A program made the translations under genes and the position numbers. The notes beneath the pieces were generated by a model that had not been told where the DNA came from, did no database searches, and saw nothing but the letters and a program-made list of their open reading frames with translations. Source: Candidatus Tayloriibacteriota bacterium (GTDB taxonomy: Bacteria; Patescibacteriota; Minisyncoccia; Phycocordibacterales; PALSA-1337). Taken from it: a DNA stretch of 64,000 bases. Below, one piece after another: positions 10,295 through 20,504 of this stretch. Every line of letters begins with the position of its first letter. The first letter of the stretch is position 1. The stretch spans positions 10,236 to 74,235 of the forward strand of contig JANNAN010000007.1 of the NCBI GenBank assembly GCA_031384385.1. The letters are read 5' to 3'.

Positions 10295-11515
10295 ATGAAG
10301 AAAAATAAAAAAATATTAAAAAAGTCAGCAAAGAAAATTATTAAAAAAATAAAATCAAAGTCAAAAAACTCAGCAAAGAATGTTACAAAAAAGACAAATT
10401 TAAAGTCTGTATCTCCATCAAAAAAAAATAAAAATAAGGAATTTGAATTAAAGGCCACAAAACTTACAACAAAAGGTAAAGAAAGAGGTTTTGTTACCTA
10501 TGATGAAATTTTGAAGGAATTTCCAAATATTGAGACAGATATTATATTTCTAGATGAACTTTATTCAAAATTTTCAGTAGCAGGAATAGATGTTCTAGAA
10601 GGCGGAGGTCTTCTTGAAGTTGAGCCAGAAGTTCATCATGCCCCAAAGAAATATTCCTATGGTTCTAGAGGTTCTGATTCTTCATATGATTCAATTCAAA
10701 TTTATTTGAAGGAAATCGGACAATACGCACTTATTTCTGCTACAAATGAAAAAGATTTAGCAAAGAGAATTCAGGCTGGTGATAAAGAAGCTAAAAATCT
10801 TTTGGCTCGTGCAAACTTGCGTCTTGTGGTTTCTATTGCAAAGAAATATGTTGGTAGAAGTCCAGATCTCACACTTTTAGATCTTATTCAAGAAGGAAAT
10901 CTTGGTCTTTTTAAGGCTGTAGATAAATTTGATTGGACAAAAGGATATAAATTTTCAACTTATGCTACATGGTGGATTCGTCAGGCCATTACTCGTGCAT
11001 TAGCTGATCAATCAAGAACCATTCGTGTACCTGTTCACATGGTAGAAACAATTGCAAAGTACAAGCAAGTTGTTAGAAGACTTACTCAAGATTTGGGACG
11101 CGATCCATTAGCAGAAGAAGTAGCTACAGAGATGGGTCTTGATGTTGAAAAGATTTATAATATTGAAAAAATTGATCAAAGTGTCGCTTCATTAGATGAT
11201 CAGGTTGGAGATGATAGTGATGATGGAAAATCTACTCTGGGAGATTTTCTGGCTGATGATAAAATACTTTCTCCAGATCAAGAATCTTCAAGAAGGATTT
11301 TACGCGATCAAGTAAATGAAATTTTAGGTGATCTTTCTGAAAAAGAAAAGAAAATTCTTGAAATGAGACATGGATTAAATGATGGCGTAACTCATACATT
11401 AGAAGAGGTAGGTAAAGAATTTGGAGTTACTCGAGAACGTATTCGTCAAATTGAAGCAAAAGCTCACGAAAAAATCCGCCAACATGATAAAATCAATAGA
11501 CTAAAGAATTACTAA
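10295..11515 (+). CDS. rpoD: Primary sigma factor with Lys-rich N-terminal extension
   Basis: [24 protein letters not shown] and TRERIRQIE motifs; follows dnaG. Confidence 0.97.
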   Translation: MKKNKKILKKSAKKIIKKIKSKSKNSAKNVTKKTNLKSVSPSKKNKNKEFELKATKLTTKGKERGFVTYDEILKEFPNIETDIIFLDELYSKFSVAGIDVLEGGGLLEVEPEVHHAPKKYSYGSRGSDSSYDSIQIYLKEIGQYALISATNEKDLAKRIQAGDKEAKNLLARANLRLVVSIAKKYVGRSPDLTLLDLIQEGNLGLFKAVDKFDWTKGYKFSTYATWWIRQAITRALADQSRTIRVPVHMVETIAKYKQVVRRLTQDLGRDPLAEEVATEMGLDVEKIYNIEKIDQSVASLDDQVGDDSDDGKSTLGDFLADDKILSPDQESSRRILRDQVNEILGDLSEKEKKILEMRHGLNDGVTHTLEEVGKEFGVTRERIRQIEAKAHEKIRQHDKINRLKNY

Positions 11516-11535
11516 AAAGGGGTTATAATAAACCT

Positions 11536-14460
11536 ATGGTGAATAAAGTTAAAAGTTCGGATAATCTTATAGATTTCGAAACTCTCTATAAAAGATTAAA
11601 TTCTGCCCAGAAGAAAGCCGTAGATACTACAGAGGGTTCTGTTATGGTTATTGCTGGTCCTGGAACTGGTAAGACCTCCATTCTGACTTTGCGTATCGCA
11701 AATATTCTACAAAAAACTGACATTTCGCCAGAGAATATTTTAGCACTTACTTTTACAGAAAGTGGTGCTTATGCGATGCGTAAGAAACTTGTAGAAATTA
11801 TTGGCACGGCAGGATATAAAGTAAATATAAATACATTTCATGGATTTTGTAATGAAATAATAAAACAATATCCAGAAAGATTTCCAAGAATAATTGGCTC
11901 AACAGCAATTACAGATATTGATCAGATTGCTTTGATGGAAAAAATAATTGAATCTAATGATTTGGAATTATTGAAACCTTATGGAGATATATTTTTTTAT
12001 GTTAGACCTACATTGGGAGAAATAAGAAATTTAAAAAGAGAAGCTATTTCTGTTGAAGATTTTGCAAAAATAATAAAGAAACAAGAGACTGACTACGATG
12101 AAATTCCAGACAAGGTTCATATGAAAGGAGCTCACAAAGGAAAGATGAAGGGTGAATTTATTAAATTAAAAGAAAAAATTGAAAAAAATAAAGAACTTCT
12201 TAGTCTCTATGATTCTTATGAAAAGGTTTTAATAAAAGGAAAGTTCTATGACTTTGAGGATATGATAGTGGAAGTTATTAAAACTCTTAAAAAAGATTCT
12301 GATTTACTACTAATCCTTCAAGAATCATATCAGTATATTCTTGCTGATGAACATCAAGATACAAATAATGCACAGAATGCCATTCTTGAATTGCTTTCAA
12401 ATTTTCATAAAAATCCAAATCTTTTTATTGTTGGAGATGAAAAACAAGCGATTTTTAGATTTCAAGGTGCATCATTAGATAATTTCCTTTATTTCAAAAA
12501 ACTTTATCCAGAAGCTGAACTTATTCATCTCGAAGAAAATTATCGCTCAACTCAGCCAATTCTAGACGCTTCTCATTCATTGATTTCAAATAATAAAATG
12601 CCGGAAAATCATCAGAGGATTTCTTTAAAGGCAAAAGCTGAAAAAGGAAAAGAACCAATTCACATTTATGAAGCTATAAGTTTTGATAGCGAATATGCTT
12701 TTATAATTAAAGATATAAAAGAAAAAATAAAAGCTGGTACAAAGCCTGATGAAATAGCTATTCTGTATAGAGATAATAAAGATGCTTTTCCGATGGCACA
12801 TGCTTTAGAAAAAACTGGTATTCCATTTAGAATAGAAAGTGATAATGATATTTTGAAAGATGAAAATATTGTTAAATTACTTTCAATTTTAGAATCAATC
12901 AACAATCTTTCTAATGAAGAAAAACTCGGTAAAGCTTTATTTGTAGATTTTTTTAAATTAAATTCAATCGATATTTATAAAGTTTTTGATCAAATCAGAA
13001 AAGAAAAAACATCTCTAATTGATGGAATTACTGAAAAGTTTCCAGAAATATCTAAAAATTTTTCTTCATGGGCTAGTTATGCACACAATAAAACATTCAT
13101 AGAACTTTTTGAAATAATCATTCGTGAATCTGGATATCTGGAGTATGCATTATCAAGTATTGATTCATTAGAAAAAATGGCAACTCTGGATTCATTTTTT
13201 AATGAAATTAGAAAGATGACGGGCGCACGAAATGAATATTATTTAAAAAATTTTATTGAACATTTAGATAGGGTACGCGAACACGGTATTCTCACAAAAA
13301 CAGGTAAGGGAATATTAAAATCAGGAATACGTATGATGACAGCTCATAAATCGAAAGGTTTGGAGTTTGATTATGTTTATATTATTGGTGCTTATGATGG
13401 TCATTGGGGTAATAAAAAGAGTAGAAATTATTTTACAACAATAAATTCTTTTGAGGCTGGTATGGATGATGAAAGAAGACTTTTTTATGTAGCCCTTACT
13501 CGTGCTAGAAAGGAGGTTGCAATAACCTATTCAAAAGAAGGAAATGATGGTCGTGAACTTTTACCAAGTCAATTTATCTCTGAAATTTCGGATGAATTTA
13601 AAAAGGTAGAATCAATTAAAGATTCTTTCGATATATCTACTCATTTTAAAGAATCTATTTTGCATGAGAATCATGAAATAAATAATAAAGAATATTTACG
13701 AAATCTTTTTTTAGAACAAGGACTTTCTGTTACTGCATTAAATAATTATTTAAAATGTCCATTAGAGTATTTCTTTGTAAATTTGATTCGTCTTCCAAAA
13801 GCTCAAAGTAAACATCAAATGTATGGTATTGCCATACATGAAACTCTCAAGATTTTTTTTGATAAATATCGTGATGAGTATGATATGAGTAAAAAGAACC
13901 TATTAGAACTATTTGAATTTAATTTGAATAAAACACTCCTTTCTCCAAATGATCTGAAAGATAGCCTAAAGAAAGGTAAAGAAGCCTTAGATGGCTATTT
14001 TGAGGCTTATAAGGGTATATGGAATCGTAATTTACTCACAGAATATAGTATTCGAGGGGTTCATTTAAGAGTTGCTAATTTTGAGTTAATTTTGAAGGGT
14101 CAATTAGATAAAATAGAAATGCTTGATGAGAAAAATGTCATTGTCGTAGACTATAAAACTGGCAAAAGAAAATCTGATCATAAAGAAAATTATCATCGTC
14201 AATTAATTTTTTATAAACTTTTATTATCTCTTGATGAAAAGAAAAAATATATTATGAAAGGTGGGGAACTTGATTTTATTGAGCCAGATGATAGAAATAA
14301 ATATAAAAAAGATATTTTTGAAATTACTGATGAAGAAGTTGAAGATCTAATTAAATTAATTAAAGAAAAAGCCGTAGAAATATACAGCTTAAACTTTTTT
14401 AATAAGGGGTGTGAGGAAAAAGATTGTGAATACTGTAAGTTGGGGAAATCACTTAAATAA
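11536..14460 (+). CDS. UvrD/PcrA-family helicase fused to C-terminal PD-(D/E)XK nuclease
   Basis: AGPGTGKT, DEHQD, NYRS, HKSKGLEF and ERRLFYVALTRA helicase motifs. C-terminal GQLDKI..VVDYKTG with four Cys. Confidence 0.92.
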   Translation: MVNKVKSSDNLIDFETLYKRLNSAQKKAVDTTEGSVMVIAGPGTGKTSILTLRIANILQKTDISPENILALTFTESGAYAMRKKLVEIIGTAGYKVNINTFHGFCNEIIKQYPERFPRIIGSTAITDIDQIALMEKIIESNDLELLKPYGDIFFYVRPTLGEIRNLKREAISVEDFAKIIKKQETDYDEIPDKVHMKGAHKGKMKGEFIKLKEKIEKNKELLSLYDSYEKVLIKGKFYDFEDMIVEVIKTLKKDSDLLLILQESYQYILADEHQDTNNAQNAILELLSNFHKNPNLFIVGDEKQAIFRFQGASLDNFLYFKKLYPEAELIHLEENYRSTQPILDASHSLISNNKMPENHQRISLKAKAEKGKEPIHIYEAISFDSEYAFIIKDIKEKIKAGTKPDEIAILYRDNKDAFPMAHALEKTGIPFRIESDNDILKDENIVKLLSILESINNLSNEEKLGKALFVDFFKLNSIDIYKVFDQIRKEKTSLIDGITEKFPEISKNFSSWASYAHNKTFIELFEIIIRESGYLEYALSSIDSLEKMATLDSFFNEIRKMTGARNEYYLKNFIEHLDRVREHGILTKTGKGILKSGIRMMTAHKSKGLEFDYVYIIGAYDGHWGNKKSRNYFTTINSFEAGMDDERRLFYVALTRARKEVAITYSKEGNDGRELLPSQFISEISDEFKKVESIKDSFDISTHFKESILHENHEINNKEYLRNLFLEQGLSVTALNNYLKCPLEYFFVNLIRLPKAQSKHQMYGIAIHETLKIFFDKYRDEYDMSKKNLLELFEFNLNKTLLSPNDLKDSLKKGKEALDGYFEAYKGIWNRNLLTEYSIRGVHLRVANFELILKGQLDKIEMLDEKNVIVVDYKTGKRKSDHKENYHRQLIFYKLLLSLDEKKKYIMKGGELDFIEPDDRNKYKKDIFEITDEEVEDLIKLIKEKAVEIYSLNFFNKGCEEKDCEYCKLGKSLK

Positions 14461-14483
14461 AAAAATAGTAATTACTATTTTTA
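14459..14483. terminator. Probable bidirectional terminator between convergent genes
   Basis: AAAAAATAGTAATTACTATTTTTT palindrome. Confidence 0.5.
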
Positions 14484-15335
14484 TTAGTAAGTAAACATCA
14501 AATCAATTGTGGCTTTCATTATATCGATCGGCATTGCTCCACCAAGAACTATCATTTTTGAATCAGTACTTATACGAATTGGATATTCTCCAGTATTTCG
14601 ATCTTTGTATGGTTCATATATAGCCATTAATTTTTCTTTTATTGAATCAGGAAAAACCTTACTTAATACTATAATGCTAGTTGGTGTTCCATTAATTCCA
14701 ATATTAACTCCGTCAAGATAATCAGCTTCTACCTTGTCTTTGAATTTATTTGTTGCAAGACAATTATTGAAATCATCTATATTCAATTCTGCGAACTTTG
14801 CAATATTTTGTAATTCTTTAGGATCAAGACCTTTTGGAGAATTGTTCGTAACTGATGGTGTTATTTCATAAAGACGATTTGTATAAGTCCAGAATTTTTC
14901 ATTTCCACCAAGAGAAGCTGCACATTCAAAAGCTTGAGATTCTCGTCCTGCATTTGGATGAAGAATACTTCCATCTGGTTTGGGTTTATCTAATGGAAAA
15001 CTTCTGTATACCCAGGCAACATTTCCTGTAGCACCATAATCAGCCATAACTTTTTTCATAGTATTGTGAAAAACTTTGCAGAAAGGACAAGATGGATCAG
15101 AATATTCAACTATTCTTACTTTTGCATTTGGATTGCCATTAATATGATCAGCCGCAGTAATTGCTCGCATTTGTTGTTCTGGAGAACTTTTGATTACTTG
15201 TTTAGCAGGTGACGGGCCTTTTGTGTAAATTATTGCAATTGCAATAATTGCACCGGCAATAACTATTGCTGTTGGAATATTTAATGATTTAGAATGATTC
15301 TTTATTTCTATTTGCGGTTCTTGTGTTGGTTCCAT
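14484..15335 (-). CDS. DsbA-family thiol-disulfide oxidoreductase
   Basis: N-terminal TM anchor, CPFC active site, GTPT cis-Pro loop. Confidence 0.9.
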   Translation of the reverse strand: MEPTQEPQIEIKNHSKSLNIPTAIVIAGAIIAIAIIYTKGPSPAKQVIKSSPEQQMRAITAADHINGNPNAKVRIVEYSDPSCPFCKVFHNTMKKVMADYGATGNVAWVYRSFPLDKPKPDGSILHPNAGRESQAFECAASLGGNEKFWTYTNRLYEITPSVTNNSPKGLDPKELQNIAKFAELNIDDFNNCLATNKFKDKVEADYLDGVNIGINGTPTSIIVLSKVFPDSIKEKLMAIYEPYKDRNTGEYPIRISTDSKMIVLGGAMPIDIMKATIDLMFTY

Positions 15336-15375
15336 TGTATGTTATTGTTATAATAATTATATTAAATTATAACAT

Positions 15376-16098
15376 ATGATTCTTACTTTAATAGCAATAT
15401 TAGCCTTTTTAACTACATTACTTGGTGGTTTATTGGCACTTAAATTTAAAGATAAATTACATCTAGTTCTTGGTTTTAGTGCCGGTGCCCTAATAGGAGT
15501 AGCTTTTTTTGATCTTTTGCCAGAAGCTATTGATCTTGCAGGAAAAAGTTTTCAATATTCCACAATCACAACATTTGTGGCTTCGGGCTTCATCATATTT
15601 ATGATTGTAGATCGTTTTATTACACCCCACCATCATAATGATGAGAATTGTGAAAATGTGAATCATCGCGGAAGAGTTGGAGCTGGTAGTCTTTCATTCC
15701 ATAGTCTTTTGGACGGTCTTGCTATAGGCTTGGCATTTCAGGTATCTATTTCAGTGGGTTTAATCGTAACTATTGCTGTTTTGGTCCATGATTTTTCTGA
15801 CGGAATAAATACAGTTGCTTTAATTTTGAAAAATGGTGGAAGTAAAAAAGAGGCAGGAAAATGGTTGTGTTTGGACGCCATTGCACCAGTTATCGGAATC
15901 ATCCTCTCTACTTTTTTAGTCCTTCCAGAAGCAATTCTTGGAATTATTCTAGCTTTATTTTGTGGATTCTTTTTGTATCTTGGTGCTAGTGACCTTCTTC
16001 CAGAAAGCCATCATCAACATCCAACAATATGGACAACATTTATGACCGTTCTAGGAATTATCGTTCTGTATATTGCGATTAAATTAGCTGGGGTTTAG
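15376..16098 (+). CDS. ZIP-family (ZupT-like) metal transporter
   Basis: Multi-TM protein with His-rich loop, HSLLDG, HDFSDG and DLLPE motifs. Confidence 0.9.
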   Translation: MILTLIAILAFLTTLLGGLLALKFKDKLHLVLGFSAGALIGVAFFDLLPEAIDLAGKSFQYSTITTFVASGFIIFMIVDRFITPHHHNDENCENVNHRGRVGAGSLSFHSLLDGLAIGLAFQVSISVGLIVTIAVLVHDFSDGINTVALILKNGGSKKEAGKWLCLDAIAPVIGIILSTFLVLPEAILGIILALFCGFFLYLGASDLLPESHHQHPTIWTTFMTVLGIIVLYIAIKLAGV

Positions 16099-16203
16099 TA
16101 TCTAAATTATAAATAAAATGATGCGAGTATATAATTGGTATTCTAAATTTGCATAGATAAAAACCAACCCCAGGACGTCGAGCGTCGCTGGGGTTTGTCG
16201 TGT

Positions 16204-16581
16204 TTAGTTCCGGTGAAAGCATCCAAGAACTTCTCGTTTCTCGATACCGATCAGACGGTATAGATCTCCGGGAACTTGGACTGTTTTTGAATGAGCTTTG
16301 AGGAAATGATGGTATAATCCTGAACTTTTACCATCACTTGTTGTTACTTGGGAAATAAAGACCCTTCCAATATAGTTCCCAATAATGTATAGACCGGGTT
16401 GCATCTGCATTTTAACCGAAACAACGACCCCGTCGTTCAGTCGATCAACATAAGCCAATTCTCCAACATTGGAAGTTGCCATTACTCTTGAGATCCCGCG
16501 AAGGATCCTCGACAGATTTACACTTTTTGTTGGGGCATCGATAATAAAACCATCTACCGCATTTAAGAATTCAATTGTCAT
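16204..16581 (-). CDS. Hypothetical protein (stand-alone gene)
   Basis: Own TTGACA/TATAAT promoter (16602-16629), AGGAGG Shine-Dalgarno and GC-rich terminator near 16160-16196. Confidence 0.65.
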   Translation of the reverse strand: MTIEFLNAVDGFIIDAPTKSVNLSRILRGISRVMATSNVGELAYVDRLNDGVVVSVKMQMQPGLYIIGNYIGRVFISQVTTSDGKSSGLYHHFLKAHSKTVQVPGDLYRLIGIEKREVLGCFHRN

Positions 16582-16643
16582 AATTTTTCCTCCTAGTATC
16601 TATTATACCATAAGTAATATATATGTCAATATTTTAATTGTAA

Positions 16644-17228
16644 TTAAAAAGGCAAGGTGAAAGTCATTGCAGAATCATCTTTATTTTCCCATTTAGATGT
16701 ATCTAATTTAATATCTTTAATTTCACCACCAACTCCTAAATCTTTGTATTTTAATTTGCTATTTGTTAAAGCATAATCATAAAGTTGTCTTGTGATTTTT
16801 ACATCTTCTATACAATATTTAATTATTTTATCTATTTCGCCAGTTCTCCACCATTCTACAGCTTGAAGTCCGTGTCCGATTTTCTTTGTACCAAGAGTCG
16901 CCTCTGCTATAGTATCTAATTTAATTCTTCTACCAAGAGAATTTTTTATTTCGACCATTAAATCTAGGCTTTTTATTTTTGTTAAATCTCCTGAGTAGTA
17001 CTTATTTAAAAGTGGAATGTCGAAATGGTTACCATTAAAAGTAATTAGCATATCCGCCTGCTCGATAATTGGCCAAAGTTTCGGTAAATCTTCCTGAAGA
17101 TAGCTAGTATATTTATCAGTCTTTGAATCATGTATGCAGACAACAGAAATATCAAGAGCTGTAGATTCTGTAGAACCTACATCCTGAAAAATATTTCTTG
17201 TTTCAATATCAAATGTGATTTTTCTCAT
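16644..17228 (-). CDS. RNase H-like/DEDD 3'-5' exonuclease domain protein (YprB-like)
   Basis: FDIET, FNGNHFDIP and YCIEDV exonuclease motifs. Confidence 0.85.
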   Translation of the reverse strand: MRKITFDIETRNIFQDVGSTESTALDISVVCIHDSKTDKYTSYLQEDLPKLWPIIEQADMLITFNGNHFDIPLLNKYYSGDLTKIKSLDLMVEIKNSLGRRIKLDTIAEATLGTKKIGHGLQAVEWWRTGEIDKIIKYCIEDVKITRQLYDYALTNSKLKYKDLGVGGEIKDIKLDTSKWENKDDSAMTFTLPF

Positions 17229-17240
17229 TAATTTAAAAAA

Positions 17241-18530
17241 TTAATTTAGTGTAATTGTTTCGGCGGTAAAAACTTTTTGTTTACCAGATTTAAGATTTTT
17301 TAATTTAAATTCACCAGATTTTATTTCTTCTTCACCAATACAAATGATATTTGGAATATGAACTTTATCAGCATTTTTTATTTGTTCACCAATTTTTCTA
17401 AATGAGAAATCAATAGCAACTCTGATACCTTTATTACGAATAGACTGGGCTAATTCTTGACCATAATATGCGACCTCTCTATTCATTAAACAGATGTAAA
17501 TATCGGCAGGGAATTCAGCTTCAGCTTTTGTGATTTTGCCATAAGTTTCAAGTAAATCTCTTGCTGTAACATCACCAGCTCCAAAACCAACAGCTGTAAC
17601 TTTTTCATTTCCAAATATTGATAATAAATCATCATATCTTCCACCACCAAGCACAGCACGACGGTTTAGAGGGTTTTTATCAAATACTTCAAAAACTACG
17701 CCAGTATAATAATCAAAGCCACGCATTAATGTTTGATCAAACTGTGCATTTGTAATTCCTAATTTCTCTAATCCTTCTATTACAAATTTTATTTCTTTAA
17801 TTCCAATATGTTCATCTTTTGTTTGAGGAAGATTCTTTGTGAATTCTTCAAAATTATTAGAATTAATTAGAGTTAAGAATTGTTGAGTTTTTTCATTTAA
17901 AATTTCTTCAGCAAGTAATTTGAATGTTTCAATTGTAATTTTATTCTTTTTATCAATTAATTTTGAAATTTTATGAGCCTTATTATCATCCAAAGAAAAA
18001 ACCTCTTTTGTTACATAATTCATCAGTTTTCTATTATTGATCCGAATTTCAAAATCAGTATCAGTAAGACCATATGACTTTGTAATATCATAAGCCATTT
18101 GGATAACTTCAATTTCTGATTGTAGACTTTCAGAACCAAAAATATCAACATTTAATTGCCAATGTTCACGAAGACGGCCACGCTGAGGCTGTTCGTATCT
18201 GAAAAGATTTGGTATTGAAAACCAACGCAATGGATATCCCAATTCCATTCTTTTTGCAGAAACCATTCTAGCAACAGAAGGTGTCATTTCTGGACGAAGA
18301 GTAACTTCGCGATCGCCACGATCTTTAAAGGTATATGTTTGCTCATTAATTATTTCTTCACCAGATTTTGCACGATAAAGATCTGCTGGTTCTAAAACCG
18401 AAGCATTATATTCCTGATATCCGTATTTTTTAACAATATCTCGCCAAATGGTAAAAATTTGATTCTGAACCGCCATATCTGCTGGATAGAAGTCACGAAC
18501 ACCTTTATATGAGTCTGTTGATAATTTCAT
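17241..18530 (-). CDS. hisS: Histidine--tRNA ligase
   Basis: LRPEMT, FRYEQPQRGR, RGFDYYTG and GGGRYD motifs. Confidence 0.97.
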   Translation of the reverse strand: MKLSTDSYKGVRDFYPADMAVQNQIFTIWRDIVKKYGYQEYNASVLEPADLYRAKSGEEIINEQTYTFKDRGDREVTLRPEMTPSVARMVSAKRMELGYPLRWFSIPNLFRYEQPQRGRLREHWQLNVDIFGSESLQSEIEVIQMAYDITKSYGLTDTDFEIRINNRKLMNYVTKEVFSLDDNKAHKISKLIDKKNKITIETFKLLAEEILNEKTQQFLTLINSNNFEEFTKNLPQTKDEHIGIKEIKFVIEGLEKLGITNAQFDQTLMRGFDYYTGVVFEVFDKNPLNRRAVLGGGRYDDLLSIFGNEKVTAVGFGAGDVTARDLLETYGKITKAEAEFPADIYICLMNREVAYYGQELAQSIRNKGIRVAIDFSFRKIGEQIKNADKVHIPNIICIGEEEIKSGEFKLKNLKSGKQKVFTAETITLN

Positions 18531-18550
18531 GGTAGTATTGTAACAAAATT

Positions 18551-19279
18551 ATGAGAAAAGTCATTATTGCTAATAAATTAATAGGCGAGACACCACTTGA
18601 GGCTCTTGAAAAAATTCGTATTCAAGAAGAAATCAGGGCTGATATACCAATGACTTATGCCGGACGTCTTGACCCTATGGCAGAGGGTCTCTTAATTATT
18701 CTTGCTGGCGATGCTTGTAAAGATAAAGAAAAATATACAAAACTTGATAAAGAATATGAAATTGAAGTATTATTTGGAATTTCTACTGATACTTACGATA
18801 CTTTAGGTATTATTGAAAAAGTTGAAAAGAAAAGTTTTGATTCAATTGATTTTGAAAAATATAAGGGTAAATTCATTCAAGAATATCCAGCATATTCATC
18901 AAAAACAGTAAATGGAAAACAATTACATAATTTAGCTCGCGAAGGGAATTTACCAGATGAAATGCCCACAAAAGAAGTTGAAATTTATTTAATTGAAAAA
19001 ATAGGATCTACAGCGCTTTCAGGAAAAAGAATAGCCGATACGGTAATTGAAAATATTAAAAAAGCAAAAGGAGACTTTAGACAAAAAGAAATATCAGAAA
19101 AATGGGATAAATTTGGTAAAGATTATGAATTGATTAAATTTATAGTAATTAAATTAAAGGTAGCATGTTCAAGTGGAACTTATATGCGCACTTTGGCAGA
19201 TAGAATTGGAAAAGATGCTGAAATACCGGCATTAGCGTATTCGATAAAGAGGACTAGGGTGGGGGATAATAGAGCCTAG
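18551..19279 (+). CDS. truB: tRNA pseudouridine(55) synthase
   Basis: YAGRLDPMAEG catalytic Asp motif, PAYSS, CSSGTYMR. Confidence 0.88.
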   Translation: MRKVIIANKLIGETPLEALEKIRIQEEIRADIPMTYAGRLDPMAEGLLIILAGDACKDKEKYTKLDKEYEIEVLFGISTDTYDTLGIIEKVEKKSFDSIDFEKYKGKFIQEYPAYSSKTVNGKQLHNLAREGNLPDEMPTKEVEIYLIEKIGSTALSGKRIADTVIENIKKAKGDFRQKEISEKWDKFGKDYELIKFIVIKLKVACSSGTYMRTLADRIGKDAEIPALAYSIKRTRVGDNRA

Positions 19280-19464
19280 TTTTTTGACTTTTGTGATTCT
19301 TTTTTAAGAAATTTATTGATTACCTTATCTAAGGCAATACAACATTTGCCACAAAAATATTGATTTTTGTATATAAATTTCTCAATATTTCCCATGAAAG
19401 ATATTCTTACATATTCATTATTAATAATTTCAACCCCACAATTATCACAATAATTTTTTGTCAT
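19276..19464 (-). CDS. Small Zn-finger protein
   Basis: CDNC...CGKC pair in 62 aa. Confidence 0.55.
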   Translation of the reverse strand: MTKNYCDNCGVEIINNEYVRISFMGNIEKFIYKNQYFCGKCCIALDKVINKFLKKESQKSKN

Positions 19465-19643
19465 TTATTTTATAGTTAATTTAATAATAAATAAATTTTA
19501 TAACTTTTAAAAATTGGCACAATTATTTTTTCTAAGATTTATGTTGTAATGAGGTAGTAAGACATAAGAATAAATTTTTTCAATAGACACGAAACTTTTT
19601 TGTGATAATATTTAGCTAATATCAATACTAATTAATAAAAATT

Positions 19644-20474
19644 ATGAATATAAATACTAAAATTACATTTTTTGAGGATAAGGAAATTAGAAAGGTTTGG
19701 GATGATAAGGAGGAGAAATGGTATTTTTCTGTTGTTGATATTGTTAAAGCATTAACCAATAGTTCAATCCCACGAAGATATTGGTCAGATTTGAAAAATA
19801 ACTTGAAAAATGAGGGAAGTGAAGTGTACGAGAAAATCGTACAGTTCAAAATGATAGCCGAAGACGGAAAAGAACGTGATACAGATACAGCAGATGTTGA
19901 GGGTATTTTCCGTCTTATCCAATCAATCCCATCCCCAAATGCTGAACCATTCAAGCTTTGGCTAGCTAGAGTTGGATATGAACGTGTAGAAGAAGCTAAT
20001 GATCCAGAATTGGCTATTAATCGCGCCCTACAAATATACTTAAAGAAAGGATATAGTTTAAATTGGATTAATCAAAGATTAAAGAGTATAGAAATTAGAA
20101 AAGACTTAACAGATGAATGGGATAAAAGAGGTGTAAAGAAAGGTCTAGAATATGCGTTGCTTACTGATGAAATAACTTTTGCTTGGGCTGGACTTTCTAC
20201 AAAAGAATATAAGAATCATAAAGGACTTAAAAAAGAAAATCTTCGAGATAATATGACAAATCTTGAGCTTGTATTAAATATGCTTGCTGAAGCTTCTACA
20301 ACTGCCATATCTGAGAAAGTAGAACCAAAAGATTTTGAAGAAAATAAAAAAGTAGCGCAGGAAGGCGGATCTGTGGCTGGAGTAGCTAGAAAGAAATTGG
20401 AAGAAAAAGTAGGGAAGACGGTGTTGAGTAGTAAGAAGTTTGGGGGTAGAAGAGATAAAGAGAAGTTAAAATAG
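19644..20474 (+). CDS. Bro-N domain protein (phage antirepressor-like)
   Basis: WYFSVVDIV, RLIQSIPSPNAEPFKLWLA and KENLRDNM motifs. Confidence 0.85.
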   Translation: MNINTKITFFEDKEIRKVWDDKEEKWYFSVVDIVKALTNSSIPRRYWSDLKNNLKNEGSEVYEKIVQFKMIAEDGKERDTDTADVEGIFRLIQSIPSPNAEPFKLWLARVGYERVEEANDPELAINRALQIYLKKGYSLNWINQRLKSIEIRKDLTDEWDKRGVKKGLEYALLTDEITFAWAGLSTKEYKNHKGLKKENLRDNMTNLELVLNMLAEASTTAISEKVEPKDFEENKKVAQEGGSVAGVARKKLEEKVGKTVLSSKKFGGRRDKEKLK

Positions 20475-20504
20475 AAGATGTGTTTGTGATATAATTATGT
20501 TTAT

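Noticed and set aside
10295-10440. Lys-rich low-complexity start of rpoD as a separate feature or frameshift
   Set aside because: It is in frame and continuous with region 1.1, so it is treated as a basic N-terminal extension.
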